A DNA stretch of 64,000 nt from Sphingobacteriales bacterium (GCA_021297855.1 JAJTHM010000045.1:233-64232), one strand, 5' to 3'. Positions 38,234 to 48,664 are shown, numbered from the stretch's first letter. Notes: generated by a model from the letters alone, not told the origin. Translations and numbers: made by a program.

Positions 38234-38381
38234 GATAGTATATGGGCTTTGTTTATCGTTTTACAGACTTTGAAGTCGTTTTTACCGTCGGTAAATATAG
38301 TGACTATTTATAATTCGTATTTTAATTTAGTAAGACTCTTGTTACAAGAAATATTTTCCTTTATATTTGTGCCAATACCAA

Positions 38382-39374
38382 ATGAGAGAAGTAGCTTTTA
38401 TAAAACAAAACAAAACCAAATGGGAGCAATTTGAAGCTGCCATCATGGGAAGGAGTCTCAAAGGTCCCGATGAAATGGCTCAACTCTATATTCATTTGGT
38501 CAATGATTTGTCTTATGCCCAATCCTATTATCCCAAAAGCAATACGACCAAATATCTGAATTATCTGGCTTCACAGATTTACCAAAGAATCTATCAAACC
38601 AAGCGACAAGAAACCAATCGATTCGTCTATTTTTTTAAGACGGAGGTTCCACTGCTCATGCATGAGTATAGATTCATGACATTATTTACCTTTATTCTTT
38701 TTTTTACCTTCGTTGGTATCGGGGTGATTTCTGCTATCTACGATCCTGATTTTGTGCGATTGATACTGGGAGACGGATATGTAAACGATGCCTTGGAGAA
38801 TATTGAAAATGGAAATCCTATGGCGGTGTATGAGTCGGGATCCGACTGGGGGAGCTTTATAGGAATTACCTTCAATAATTTATATGTAGGTCTGCGATGC
38901 TATGTTTACGGAGTATTTGGAGGTTTAGGCACATTTTATGTTTTATTGACCAACTGTATTATGTTAGGTTCGTTTCAATATTTTTTTTATGAACACAAAG
39001 TATTCATTGAAAGCATTCGCGGTATTTGGGTTCACGGCAGTATGGAGATATTTGCTATAGTCATCGAAGCTACATCAGGATTTATACTGGGAGCCAGTAT
39101 CCTATTCCCGAAAACCTACTCTCGATTTAATTCATTTAAAATCGGCTTTCGCAATTCCTTCAAGATTTTGCTCAGCACTATGCCATTTACATTTTGCGCG
39201 GGTGTTTTGGAAGGGTTTATCACACGCTATGCCTTGGATATGCCGCTTGCATTGAATTTATTTATTATACTGGGCACCTTAGCTGTTATTTCATTTTATT
39301 ATTTGATATATCCATATTTTGTCATAAAAAAAACAGAGAGATTAAAATCCATTCTACATTTACAAACAAGTTAA
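38382..39374 (+). CDS. SpoIIM-like (stage II sporulation protein M family) membrane protein
   Basis: MREVAFIKQNKTKWEQFE start, and multi-TM with HGSMEIFAIVIEATSG. The ORF track starts at 38367. Confidence 0.65.
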   Translation: MREVAFIKQNKTKWEQFEAAIMGRSLKGPDEMAQLYIHLVNDLSYAQSYYPKSNTTKYLNYLASQIYQRIYQTKRQETNRFVYFFKTEVPLLMHEYRFMTLFTFILFFTFVGIGVISAIYDPDFVRLILGDGYVNDALENIENGNPMAVYESGSDWGSFIGITFNNLYVGLRCYVYGVFGGLGTFYVLLTNCIMLGSFQYFFYEHKVFIESIRGIWVHGSMEIFAIVIEATSGFILGASILFPKTYSRFNSFKIGFRNSFKILLSTMPFTFCAGVLEGFITRYALDMPLALNLFIILGTLAVISFYYLIYPYFVIKKTERLKSILHLQTS

Positions 39375-39435
39375 AAAATATTCATAACCCCAAATTCCTA
39401 GCTTTCAACTTTTCACTTTAAATTTTCAACATACC

Positions 39436-40377
39436 ATGTTTCAACTATACAAAAAAAGAGGTTTTAGCGATTTTCTGAATGACACCTTTGCATTTTTGAA
39501 ACTCAATGGCAAGCATTATTTAAAAAACTATACTATCCTTTGTGGTGGGTTTCTTTTAATATTGACCATACTGGGATATATTTTGGGTAAAGCCTATGTG
39601 GCTTTTATGTTTAGTGCCATACAAGGAAAATTTAGATTAGAGGGTTTGTTTGGTGGAAATATTGCCTTGTTTGTAGCTATCGTCATTCTATTTGTCATCA
39701 TTATTATCATCTTTAGCTTTCTCAGTTATCTCTACCCAATGGTATATTTGAGGCTATATGACGAGCACGGACATGCAGCGTTTTCGACCAAAGTCATTGG
39801 CGATCGATTAAGGGCAGATATTGGACGAACAGTTAAATTTACTCTTCTGACCTTACTATTCACTTTTTCTGTAGGATTATTGTTAATGGCTATCATAGTG
39901 CTACTTTTTTTTACAGTCATTGGTATTCCCTTTGCATTTATAGGCCTATTTGCTCTCGCTGGGGTTTACAATTTGGCATTTTTTCTATACGTCAACGATA
40001 AGGGCATGGGTTTTATTGATTCCTTTAAAACGGCTTTTGAATTCGTAAAAAATAATTTGTGGCCTGTCGTCGGTTCTAATTTTGCCATGTCTATGTTGAT
40101 ACAAATCATTGGCTCTGTGTTCTCAATGATTCCTTTCATTATTGGAATAATTTCTTTGATGTCCAGCCTTGAAAAATCGAGTTCTAATATACCAGAAACA
40201 GCAGGTTTTGCTGTAGCTATGGGCATTACCTTTGCCATTTCTTTATTGGTTAGCTATTTCTTGCAAAATTTATTGATATTAAATAACGGTATGATTTATT
40301 ATACCATGCAGGAGGCGAATCATAGCCATTTTTCTAAAAGTGAAATAGACCTCATAGGGACAGAAAGTGAATTTTAA
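39436..40377 (+). CDS. polytopic membrane protein, function unknown
   Basis: 313 aa, multiple TM segments, within the MoxR neighbourhood. Confidence 0.5.
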   Translation: MFQLYKKRGFSDFLNDTFAFLKLNGKHYLKNYTILCGGFLLILTILGYILGKAYVAFMFSAIQGKFRLEGLFGGNIALFVAIVILFVIIIIIFSFLSYLYPMVYLRLYDEHGHAAFSTKVIGDRLRADIGRTVKFTLLTLLFTFSVGLLLMAIIVLLFFTVIGIPFAFIGLFALAGVYNLAFFLYVNDKGMGFIDSFKTAFEFVKNNLWPVVGSNFAMSMLIQIIGSVFSMIPFIIGIISLMSSLEKSSSNIPETAGFAVAMGITFAISLLVSYFLQNLLILNNGMIYYTMQEANHSHFSKSEIDLIGTESEF

Positions 40378-41158
40378 AGGTTTACCATTTATTGTTCTAT
40401 TATTTTTTGTCACCTTGATCGAGGCACAGGAGACCGATTCTGCCTATATGGAAGAATCCCAAATTGCTGTTGATACTAGTTATTACGAAGAAGATGAAAA
40501 AGTTATCTCCTATGTGCATCCAGAAGATATAGAGCGGAGATATTTTGATTCTAATTTTAAGTCTAGATATAATACAGACCATTTTAACTATGAACCCAAG
40601 GTGCAAAAATTTACTCAATGGGAGCAGTTTAAACAGTGGTTATTGCGATGGCTACAGGATTTTTTCAATCTGCAAGACAAGAATGCGGCCTCCAAATGGT
40701 TTGAATATTTACAGAATTTTTTAGCCTTTATTTTAGTCGTCGGTGTTGTCTATTTTATCGTGAAGGCTATACTAAATAAAGAAGGAGGCTGGATTTTTGG
40801 GAGAGATAGCAAGGCGGAAACGATAGACCACACTAATGTTGAAGCAAAACTCCAATTAGCTAATTTTAGTGAATTGGTCGCAAGTTCTAGAAAAAAAGGA
40901 GATTATCGATTGGCCATTCGTTTTTATTATCTATGGCTTTTGCGAAAGATGTCGGACAATAAACTCATAGAATGGGATATCAATAAGACCAATATGGACT
41001 ACCTCTATGAGATAAAGAATGAAGGATTGCGGGAGCGATACAGCTATCATTGCTACGTGTATGACTATATATGGTACGGAGAATTTAATTTAGAGGAAGA
41101 GGAGTTTCGAAAAGTGGAAACGAGTTTTAATGAAACATTGAGAAGCATAGATGGATAA
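40367..41158 (+). CDS. DUF4129-like protein
   Basis: Signal peptide and one TM segment. AIRFYYLWLLRKMSDNKLIEWDINKTNMDYLYEI matches the DUF4129 core. Confidence 0.6.
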   Translation: MNFKGLPFIVLLFFVTLIEAQETDSAYMEESQIAVDTSYYEEDEKVISYVHPEDIERRYFDSNFKSRYNTDHFNYEPKVQKFTQWEQFKQWLLRWLQDFFNLQDKNAASKWFEYLQNFLAFILVVGVVYFIVKAILNKEGGWIFGRDSKAETIDHTNVEAKLQLANFSELVASSRKKGDYRLAIRFYYLWLLRKMSDNKLIEWDINKTNMDYLYEIKNEGLRERYSYHCYVYDYIWYGEFNLEEEEFRKVETSFNETLRSIDG

Positions 41159-42374
41159 TCGATTAAAAATATATGTTGCTATCTTAATTCTGATTTTTAT
41201 TGGAATAGCCTTTATCGAAGTTAATAGACCGCAAGAGATAGACTGGAGACCCCATTATACCACCAGTAAGAAGACTCCATATGGTCTATATGTGCTGGAT
41301 AAAGAATTGAAAAAATTATGCAATGGAATTTATATAGAGAAGCTGAACGAAACTCCTTATGAATTTTTTGATAAGCAATACGATTATGATTCTTCTATCG
41401 CCAATTACACCATTCGAGGTACTTATTTCTCTGTAGAAGAAAATTCTAACTTAGATCAAGAATCAGCAAGTGAAATACTTCATTTTGTATCCAAGGGCAA
41501 TGAAGCTTTTCTAGCTGCTAGTTCTTTCTCCCAAACTATTTTTGATTCGCTAAAAATAAAACTAGATTATTCTTATGACTTCAACGACACAGTTCAGCTA
41601 AAATTGGACTATGTGGATACGAATACCTACTATTTCAATAAAATTAATTACTTGTCTTTTTTCGACTCCTTTGATACGAGCAAAGTAACTGTGCTAGGAC
41701 ATGTTCAGGTTAGTTTTGGAGATTCTATCAAGAGTCACGTGAATTTTATCCGAGTGGCTTACGGGGATGGGTTTATTTTCCTACATAGTTTGCCTAATGT
41801 ATTTACCAATTATCACCTACTCAAGTCCAATAACCACCTCTACACGTCAGGAGTATTGTCCTTCATACAAAATTCGCGGCCCATCTACTGGAATACCAAT
41901 GAATATGATCGGGGAAATAGAGCAGAAACACCCCTGCGAGTGATACTCGAGCACGCTTCTCTCCGCTGGGCTTGGTATTTTATGTTGATTGGATTTCTGA
42001 TTTATCTTCTATTCAATGCCAAGCGAAAACAACGCATCATTCCTATCATACCACCTGTATTGAATACGACCGTGGACTTTACAAAAACGATTGCGAATAT
42101 GTATTTTCAAGAAGGACATTTTAAAACGGTCATGGAAAAGCGAATCATCTATTTTCTGGAGAGAGTGCGCTCAGAGTTTCATCTAGATACCCAAAAACTG
42201 GATGATAAGTTTATACATAAACTGCAATTGAAGTCGGGAAGACCAAAGGACCTTATAGAAAAAATAGTCAAAAAGATAACGAATAAAAAAATGAACCGAT
42301 ATTTGTCAGAGAATGACTTGGTGGAGTTGAATGGACTTTTAGAAGATTTTTGGACAACTAAAACATATAATTAA
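41151..42374 (+). CDS. DUF4350-like protein
   Basis: N-terminal TM segment followed by KKTPYGLYVLDKEL. Conserved position before MoxR. Confidence 0.55.
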   Translation: MDNRLKIYVAILILIFIGIAFIEVNRPQEIDWRPHYTTSKKTPYGLYVLDKELKKLCNGIYIEKLNETPYEFFDKQYDYDSSIANYTIRGTYFSVEENSNLDQESASEILHFVSKGNEAFLAASSFSQTIFDSLKIKLDYSYDFNDTVQLKLDYVDTNTYYFNKINYLSFFDSFDTSKVTVLGHVQVSFGDSIKSHVNFIRVAYGDGFIFLHSLPNVFTNYHLLKSNNHLYTSGVLSFIQNSRPIYWNTNEYDRGNRAETPLRVILEHASLRWAWYFMLIGFLIYLLFNAKRKQRIIPIIPPVLNTTVDFTKTIANMYFQEGHFKTVMEKRIIYFLERVRSEFHLDTQKLDDKFIHKLQLKSGRPKDLIEKIVKKITNKKMNRYLSENDLVELNGLLEDFWTTKTYN

Positions 42375-42384
42375 ATATAACATT

Positions 42385-43398
42385 ATGGACAATAACAATG
42401 AACAATCCACACCCATGGAACAGTCAGAGCTCAATTTTAAAAATAGAATTGATCTTTCAGGTCTGCAAAACGCCGTTCTTGGCATCAAGGCTGAATTAGC
42501 TAAAGTCATCGTCGGTCAGGAAAGAATGATTGACCGCATATTAGTTTCTATTTTGGCTAATGGACATATTCTGCTAGAAGGAGTTCCTGGTGTAGCGAAA
42601 ACGATTACTGCTAAATTGATATCCAAGACGATTGACATTGGTTTTTCTCGCATTCAGTTTACGCCTGATTTGATGCCGTCAGATATATTAGGGACTTCCG
42701 TTTTTAATCTAAAAACCACGGAATTCGAATTTAAAAAAGGCCCTATTTTTTCTAATTTGATTCTGATTGATGAAATCAATCGTGCACCAGCAAAAACGCA
42801 GGCAGCGCTCTTTGAGGTAATGGAGGAACGACAAATAAGCATCGATGGTCACCAATATATCATGGAACAACCTTTTTTGGTTATCGCTACACAAAATCCT
42901 ATAGAGCAGGAAGGTACCTATCGTCTGCCAGAAGCACAATTAGACAGGTTTTTATTTAAAATTAATATTGACTATCCTAGTTTGGAAGAAGAAGTCAATA
43001 TTTTGATGCGTGAACACGAATTGCAAAATGATGATAAACTAGAACAAGTCAATAAAGTAATTAGTGGTGCCCAATTGCGAGAATATCAACATGCCGTCAA
43101 ACAGATTCAGGTGGAGAAACACCTTATGGAGTATATCGCGCGGATAGTGGCCAATACGCGCGAGAATTCATTTTTGTATTTAGGTGCTTCGCCGAGGGCT
43201 TCTATCGCTATTCTCAATGCAGCCAAAGGGTATGCCGCTATCAGAGGAAGAGATTTTGTGACTCCAGATGATATCAAAGAATCAGCCATACCTGTTCTGC
43301 AGCATCGTGTGGTCGTAGCGCCCGAAAGAGAAATGGAAGGCATGACCGGACAGGAAATTATTTTACAAATTTTGGAGACAATTGAAGTCCCTAGGTAG
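42385..43398 (+). CDS. moxR: MoxR-family AAA+ ATPase
   Basis: LLEGVPGVAKT Walker A, ILIDEINRA Walker B, VIATQNPIEQEGTYRLPEAQLDRF. Confidence 0.92.
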   Translation: MDNNNEQSTPMEQSELNFKNRIDLSGLQNAVLGIKAELAKVIVGQERMIDRILVSILANGHILLEGVPGVAKTITAKLISKTIDIGFSRIQFTPDLMPSDILGTSVFNLKTTEFEFKKGPIFSNLILIDEINRAPAKTQAALFEVMEERQISIDGHQYIMEQPFLVIATQNPIEQEGTYRLPEAQLDRFLFKINIDYPSLEEEVNILMREHELQNDDKLEQVNKVISGAQLREYQHAVKQIQVEKHLMEYIARIVANTRENSFLYLGASPRASIAILNAAKGYAAIRGRDFVTPDDIKESAIPVLQHRVVVAPEREMEGMTGQEIILQILETIEVPR

Positions 43399-43437
43399 TG
43401 GTCCGTTTTCAGTGGTCCGTCGCAGTAGATTATATAC

Positions 43438-44769
43438 ATGAAGTTTTATAGACAGCTTTATTTAAATCAACTTTTTTTCGCTTGCATCCTGGTGATCATT
43501 GTAGGATTTGCAGTATCCTTTATATTTCCAGCACTCTATATGGTCGTATGGTATGCCTTCTTTGCTTTGATGACCTTTGTGTTGCTAGATATTTTAATTT
43601 TATTTGGAAAGGCGAGAGGTGTCATAGGACATAGAACTGTGCCTGAAAAATTCTCTAATGGAGATCAAAATGATGTTCTGCTGACCATAGAAAATAACTA
43701 TACATTTAATATATTTACCACTACTATTGATGAAATTCCCTTTCAATTTCAACTTCGAAATTTTAGTATAAAGCAAAAAATTAAACCGAGGAAAGTAATA
43801 GATTTCTCTTATTCCTTGCGCCCGTTGGAGCGCGGAGAATATGTTTTCGGAAATTTAAACATTTATGTTTCGTCGCCCCTTCGACTCGTCGCAAGAAGAT
43901 TTACCTTCGGAGCCAATGAAATGGTCCCCACCTATCCCGGTTTTCTGCAATTGAAGAAGTACGATTTACTGGCATTTTCTAATAACTTGCATCAATATGG
44001 TACAAAGAAAATACGGCGCGTAGGTTATTCGATGGAGTTCGAACAAATCAAAGAATATGTACAGGGTGATGATATTCGTACCTTAAACTGGAAGGCTACT
44101 GCAAAAAAAAATGCCCTCATGGTCAATCAATACCAGACCGAGCGATCACAGACGATATACATGGTTATAGATAAAGGGAGAGTCATGAAAATGCCCTTCA
44201 ATGATTTGTCCCTTTTGGACTATGCGATTAATGCCACCTTGGTGCTAAGTAATATAATATTGAAAAAAGAGGATAGAGCGGGGATGCTCACCTTTTCAAA
44301 AAAAGTGGAGAATCGAGTAGTAGCAGAGAAGAGAGGCTCGCAAATGAATAAACTATTGGAAGCGCTATATAATGTAGAAACTAACTTTCAAGAGAGCGAT
44401 TTCGGACGATTGTATATCGATATAAAAAAGCATATTCAGCATCGGAGTTTGATTATGCTCTATACCAATTTTGAAACAATGGATGGGCTCTATCGTCAGC
44501 TTCCATACTTAAAAGGTATCGCTAAAAATCATCTATTGGTTGTTGTTTTTTTTCAGAATACCGAGCTTCATGATATGGTGAGTCAAAAGGCCAGGAATGT
44601 GCAGGAGGTTTATGATAAAGCGATTGCTGAGAAATTTATTTTTGAGAAAAAATTGATTGTCAATGAGCTCCGCAAGTATGGTATTTACTCTCTACTCACG
44701 CGACCGGAAGATCTCACAGTAGATAGTATCAATAAATATTTGGAGATTAAAACCAGAGGGTTGATTTGA
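43438..44769 (+). CDS. DUF58 domain protein (vWA-like MoxR partner)
   Basis: GDDIRTLNWKATAKKNALMVNQYQTERSQ motif and two N-terminal TM segments. Confidence 0.85.
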   Translation: MKFYRQLYLNQLFFACILVIIVGFAVSFIFPALYMVVWYAFFALMTFVLLDILILFGKARGVIGHRTVPEKFSNGDQNDVLLTIENNYTFNIFTTTIDEIPFQFQLRNFSIKQKIKPRKVIDFSYSLRPLERGEYVFGNLNIYVSSPLRLVARRFTFGANEMVPTYPGFLQLKKYDLLAFSNNLHQYGTKKIRRVGYSMEFEQIKEYVQGDDIRTLNWKATAKKNALMVNQYQTERSQTIYMVIDKGRVMKMPFNDLSLLDYAINATLVLSNIILKKEDRAGMLTFSKKVENRVVAEKRGSQMNKLLEALYNVETNFQESDFGRLYIDIKKHIQHRSLIMLYTNFETMDGLYRQLPYLKGIAKNHLLVVVFFQNTELHDMVSQKARNVQEVYDKAIAEKFIFEKKLIVNELRKYGIYSLLTRPEDLTVDSINKYLEIKTRGLI

Positions 44770-44928
44770 TGTTAAATTTGAAAATGTGCCAATCCGATAG
44801 TTTGAAAATGTGTTTGATGTGATGATGAGTGGAGGTAAAAATGTTATGTTGAATTCGTTTTTATATACTTACTGAATTCTCAGAATACTCAGAAATTATT
44901 GTCGGCAAGGAGGAAACTTAAATATATT

Positions 44929-45567
44929 TTACTCTGCGTCCTCTGCGACTTTGCGGTGAAATAGTTTCCCATTTTCAATCCATATTCTATTCGTTGAAAT
45001 TTCGTTTATATCTTCGGCATAGTGATCAACGATAACAATTCCTTTCATTTTACTTTTTTCGACAATCAATTTTTTAATAGCTTCTTTATGAAGCGGAGCT
45101 AGCAGGGAAAAAGGCTCATCTAAAAGAATAAACGGATGCCAAAGATGAAGAATCACAACAATCTCAATATAACGGGCTGCACCATGGGATAATTCACTCA
45201 ATTTTTTTAATGAATAGTCTGCCACATAGGGCATAGAAAATAAAGGTTTCTGATTCTCATGTGTCTTAAATAGCATAGCAATAATTTCACTCGGGGTCAG
45301 ATCTCTGGGAAGAAAACTATCTTGCGGTAGCATAGCTATCAGTTTATTTTTCGGCGAGGGTTTCCCAAGTGGTTTAGAATCCAATGACCACTTTAATTGA
45401 TCCGATTTGTGAGTGCCAAATAAAGCTTTCATGAGCGTAGACTTGCCACAGCCATTGACACCGGATATAGTCAAAATGTCTCCAGTTTGAACGGACAAAG
45501 AACTATTCTCAAGAAGTCTTCGTTTCCCCTGACTTATGCTTATGCTTTGAACATTAACTTGGTGCAT
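44929..45567 (-). CDS. ABC transporter ATP-binding protein (divergent signature motif)
   Basis: GVNGCGKST Walker A, LSHGAARY signature, ILLDEPF Walker B. The last 11 codons lie in a CTCTGCG...CTTTGCGGTGAAA repeat motif. Confidence 0.7.
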   Translation of the reverse strand: MHQVNVQSISISQGKRRLLENSSLSVQTGDILTISGVNGCGKSTLMKALFGTHKSDQLKWSLDSKPLGKPSPKNKLIAMLPQDSFLPRDLTPSEIIAMLFKTHENQKPLFSMPYVADYSLKKLSELSHGAARYIEIVVILHLWHPFILLDEPFSLLAPLHKEAIKKLIVEKSKMKGIVIVDHYAEDINEISTNRIWIENGKLFHRKVAEDAE

Positions 45568-45824
45568 TGAGCAAATGAAAATAGGATGAAAGCGAAAATG
45601 GCATTGACTAGGATGGTTTTGGTCATAAGTTCATTTTTCGTATAACCATAATTGTAGTAAAAATAATATTCATGTCCTTTGTGATACTGGTAGGCAAGGA
45701 AAGATACCAGACTGCCAAATGTGGCAAAACAAATATAAAAATTTCCCGCAAATCCTACAATGATGGAAAACACAAGATTGTAGATAAAAGTATCTCGGTA
45801 GTATTGGAGGAAGAGGCTGCGCAT
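45540..45824 (-). CDS. small 3-TM membrane protein coupled to the ABC ATPase
   Basis: 94 aa. Overlaps the ATPase gene by 28 nt. Confidence 0.4.
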   Translation of the reverse strand: MRSLFLQYYRDTFIYNLVFSIIVGFAGNFYICFATFGSLVSFLAYQYHKGHEYYFYYNYGYTKNELMTKTILVNAIFAFILFSFAQCTKLMFKA

Positions 45825-45903
45825 AGGGACTATAAATTTTAATCACTCTAGGATTTGAAAAAAACTAGGATAAAAAAAATCCATTAAAGATAGTTTCTAG
45901 CTG

Positions 45904-46305
45904 TTAAATCTTAGCATAAACCTTCGCCAACTCAGCTTCGAGGTGGGCTATCCTATCTTTGAGTAGCTCTATGGTTTTATCCTTCTGATTGAGAAGGCTT
46001 TTGACTATAGGTTTATCTGAATAGTTTATCGTTCCACCATTTACTTGTCCTATTCCTATAGCATTATCGTTATTCTCTTGGTGTTGAATAAAATTTTTTC
46101 CTTCTATTTCTTTGAAAAATTCTTCTACAGGTTTTTTATAATGGTCGAGCAGTACGAAGAGGTATTTGCCCCATGATTTATTCGTCCCATTTTCTATTTT
46201 ATACAAGGTCGATTCGTCTATTTTTAGCTGACTAGCTACGTTCATTGGTTTGAGTCCTTGGTTCACTCTGATATCTCTGAGTTTTTGCCCTATTTGTTTT
46301 TCCAT
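45904..46305 (-). CDS. XRE-family HTH regulator with C-terminal coiled coil
   Basis: IGQKLRDIRVNQGLKPMNVASQLKIDESTLYKIENG. Confidence 0.7.
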   Translation of the reverse strand: MEKQIGQKLRDIRVNQGLKPMNVASQLKIDESTLYKIENGTNKSWGKYLFVLLDHYKKPVEEFFKEIEGKNFIQHQENNDNAIGIGQVNGGTINYSDKPIVKSLLNQKDKTIELLKDRIAHLEAELAKVYAKI

Positions 46306-46678
46306 AATTGAGTATTGAGTTTTTATTTTGTTTATGTTTAGGCGAATTTAGCAAAATTATTTTTAGTTTTTCGCCTTATTCACCTTGACTTTTTCCATTA
46401 ACTAGAAAATGAGCATTTTATTTTGGACAATTTCGCCAAATTTTCTGCCAAACTCGCCTAGGATATCTCAGGAAGTAGTCTCATCTTTGCAGTAGATTTT
46501 TTGGGGGAATAAAACAAAACTCTTAAATTTTCCGATAGCTATCAGCTCATCTAGTGCACACAAAATACAAAACCATAAAGCTACTGGGGGATAATATGAA
46601 GCCGTAAGAAAGGGGTAAAATAAAAACCGATAAAAATCTACCGAATAAAAAATTTGTTTTAACTTTAAAATTACAAAA

Positions 46679-47341
46679 ATGAAAAAAATGAAATTTAAAT
46701 TTAGGGCTCTATTTTTAGGCCTTTTTATTATGGCAGTTATTGAGTCGAATTCTCAAATAAGCCGAGCTGATTTGATCGCAATGACTCCTGAGAATCAGCA
46801 GTCTGCTTTCGTTTCTCTTCCAAACAATTACAGATTAGCACTTTTTGTTAATAAACTGAACGAAATCAAATCATCTGGTTATTTTAACCCTACTGAAATT
46901 AGCTTCGTAGATGGTATTATATCAGATATAAATGAAAATATATACATACAACAGCCATCAATTGGCACCATTGACAATTATAAAAATTATTCTATCAATA
47001 CACTTGGTTGGGCGGAAATTAAATGGAAAGTGGTTTTTGAGACTCTATACACCCCTTTAGAGTTCAATCAAAGGTTTTTAATTGAATCAGACCCTGGACC
47101 AGAAAGTGTAGTACCAGGTGGAACTGGTTCTCAAGGAGTATGTCATTGTAGATGGAGTTTAGGATGTCCGGGTGATATGTCGTGTAATAAAAAACTTGAC
47201 TGCTCAGCATCTGGTGGTTGCGGTTGGTTTTGGTCTCAAGAATGTGAAGGAAAATGTGATTGGGCATACATACCACCAGGTGGAGGTTTCAAAGGAACAG
47301 GTGAAACATTAGTTAGTTTAAAAGCTGGATTAGGTTTTTGA
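46679..47341 (+). CDS. secreted precursor with C-terminal fulvocin-C-like cysteine-rich bacteriocin domain
   Basis: Signal peptide. The C-terminal CHCRWSLGCPGDMSCNKKLDCSASGGCGWFWSQECEGKC (10 Cys) aligns by cysteine spacing with fulvocin C as I recall it (CSCS..YCP..FCTTGTACS..TGCGTGWVYCAC). Confidence 0.55.
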   Translation: MKKMKFKFRALFLGLFIMAVIESNSQISRADLIAMTPENQQSAFVSLPNNYRLALFVNKLNEIKSSGYFNPTEISFVDGIISDINENIYIQQPSIGTIDNYKNYSINTLGWAEIKWKVVFETLYTPLEFNQRFLIESDPGPESVVPGGTGSQGVCHCRWSLGCPGDMSCNKKLDCSASGGCGWFWSQECEGKCDWAYIPPGGGFKGTGETLVSLKAGLGF

Positions 47342-47347
47342 TCATAC

Positions 47348-48172
47348 ATGAAATTAAAATTTTTAATTAGTACTATTGTATTATTCAGCTCCATAGCTTT
47401 GGTTATGGGGCTATTTTCAAATTTTCAAGAATTTCTTCCTTTTATATTGCCAATTTATATAATTGTTGTACTATATCTTATTGAAAAGTATATTTATAAG
47501 CCTGTATATATCCCATGTATTCTAACATTATTAATAATCTCGTTTGGTTTTGTATTTGAGTTCTTACATTTTGGTAATATAAGAATTCCATATGTTGCAT
47601 ACTTACATCTTTTATCAGTTCCGATTTCCTTTTTGTTTTATTATGCAGTTAAAGAACGTTTTTTATTCCCCATGTCATTTAGTATATTGCTCTTAGGTGC
47701 GATTTTCATTTTAAATTATAAATTTAGAACTGAAATAATTGATTTATATTTATATGGACGACCATCTACCTTATTAAGTAAAGATATTCGTATTAATAGT
47801 ATTGCTGTTATAACAAAAGGAAATATTGATACAGCTTTAACTTTTAGTGATAAAGCTTATATTATTGATATATGGGGTGTATATTGTCCAGTATGTTACT
47901 CTGATATGACCTTATTAGATTCTGTCAAAAAGTCAGATTCAAACTTTCGATTAGTTTCACTTCTGGCATATAGTAAACTGGATAGTGCAAAGTCAATAAA
48001 AAAAATAGGAGAGTTGAGTAATTGTTATTCTTCTTATCTTTTAAAAGATACCGCACTTTTAAGGCGTCTTGAAATAGATAAATTTCCAAATTATCTTATC
48101 CTATTTAAAAATAAAATTGTTTTTAGAAATAGTTTAGAAAATGTACTTGATAAGTATTACAAACTAAATTAG
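47348..48172 (+). CDS. polytopic membrane protein with C-terminal thioredoxin-like (TlpA-like) domain
   Basis: Four to five TM segments, then IIDIWGVYCPVCY (CxxC). Confidence 0.55.
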   Translation: MKLKFLISTIVLFSSIALVMGLFSNFQEFLPFILPIYIIVVLYLIEKYIYKPVYIPCILTLLIISFGFVFEFLHFGNIRIPYVAYLHLLSVPISFLFYYAVKERFLFPMSFSILLLGAIFILNYKFRTEIIDLYLYGRPSTLLSKDIRINSIAVITKGNIDTALTFSDKAYIIDIWGVYCPVCYSDMTLLDSVKKSDSNFRLVSLLAYSKLDSAKSIKKIGELSNCYSSYLLKDTALLRRLEIDKFPNYLILFKNKIVFRNSLENVLDKYYKLN

Positions 48173-48267
48173 TTCTAGTTGCTATAAAATAAAATTCCCC
48201 CTTTGTTTGTATTATTTCCTAACAAACACTAGCAAACCACAATCTTTAACCATTCAAAATTAATATT

Positions 48268-48639
48268 ATGATACTATTCAATATAATCTCCATCCTCCTC
48301 ACCCTAGGCACGAGTCCAGACTGTGACGGCTTCGGTATGTGCATCCTAGAGCAGCAGACGGAGCAGGCGCTCGAGACCTGCATGAAGTATGATAACTGCC
48401 TAGAAGCAGAGCTAGGTTATCAAGACCGTGAGCTGCTCATCTCTGTATCGCATAAAAAAATGAAAGATAATATCTATATCAAGCACTTCACTACAGAAAA
48501 CTTCAGACTAGATAAAGATTTTACTATTCCGAATAATGTAGCGGAGTCCATAGGTTGTCCGCAAGGACTGACTATCCCCGCAGGGAAGTATCCTATCTAT
48601 GAAGAAGGGGGGAAAATAGTGGTGAGAATTAGATTTTAG
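48268..48639 (+). CDS. hypothetical cysteine-containing small protein
   Basis: 123-aa ORF. The 5-prime third is visibly more GC-rich than its surroundings. Confidence 0.35.
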   Translation: MILFNIISILLTLGTSPDCDGFGMCILEQQTEQALETCMKYDNCLEAELGYQDRELLISVSHKKMKDNIYIKHFTTENFRLDKDFTIPNNVAESIGCPQGLTIPAGKYPIYEEGGKIVVRIRF

Positions 48640-48646
48640 ATGTTAG

Positions 48647-48664
48647 TCCCGATAGCTATCGGGA
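48647..48664. repeat. perfect palindrome TCCCGATAGCTATCGGGA just after a stop codon
   Basis: The same TTAGTCCCGATAGCTATCG string follows the stop at 58508 (58505-58523). A partial copy lies at 46532-46543. Confidence 0.6.
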
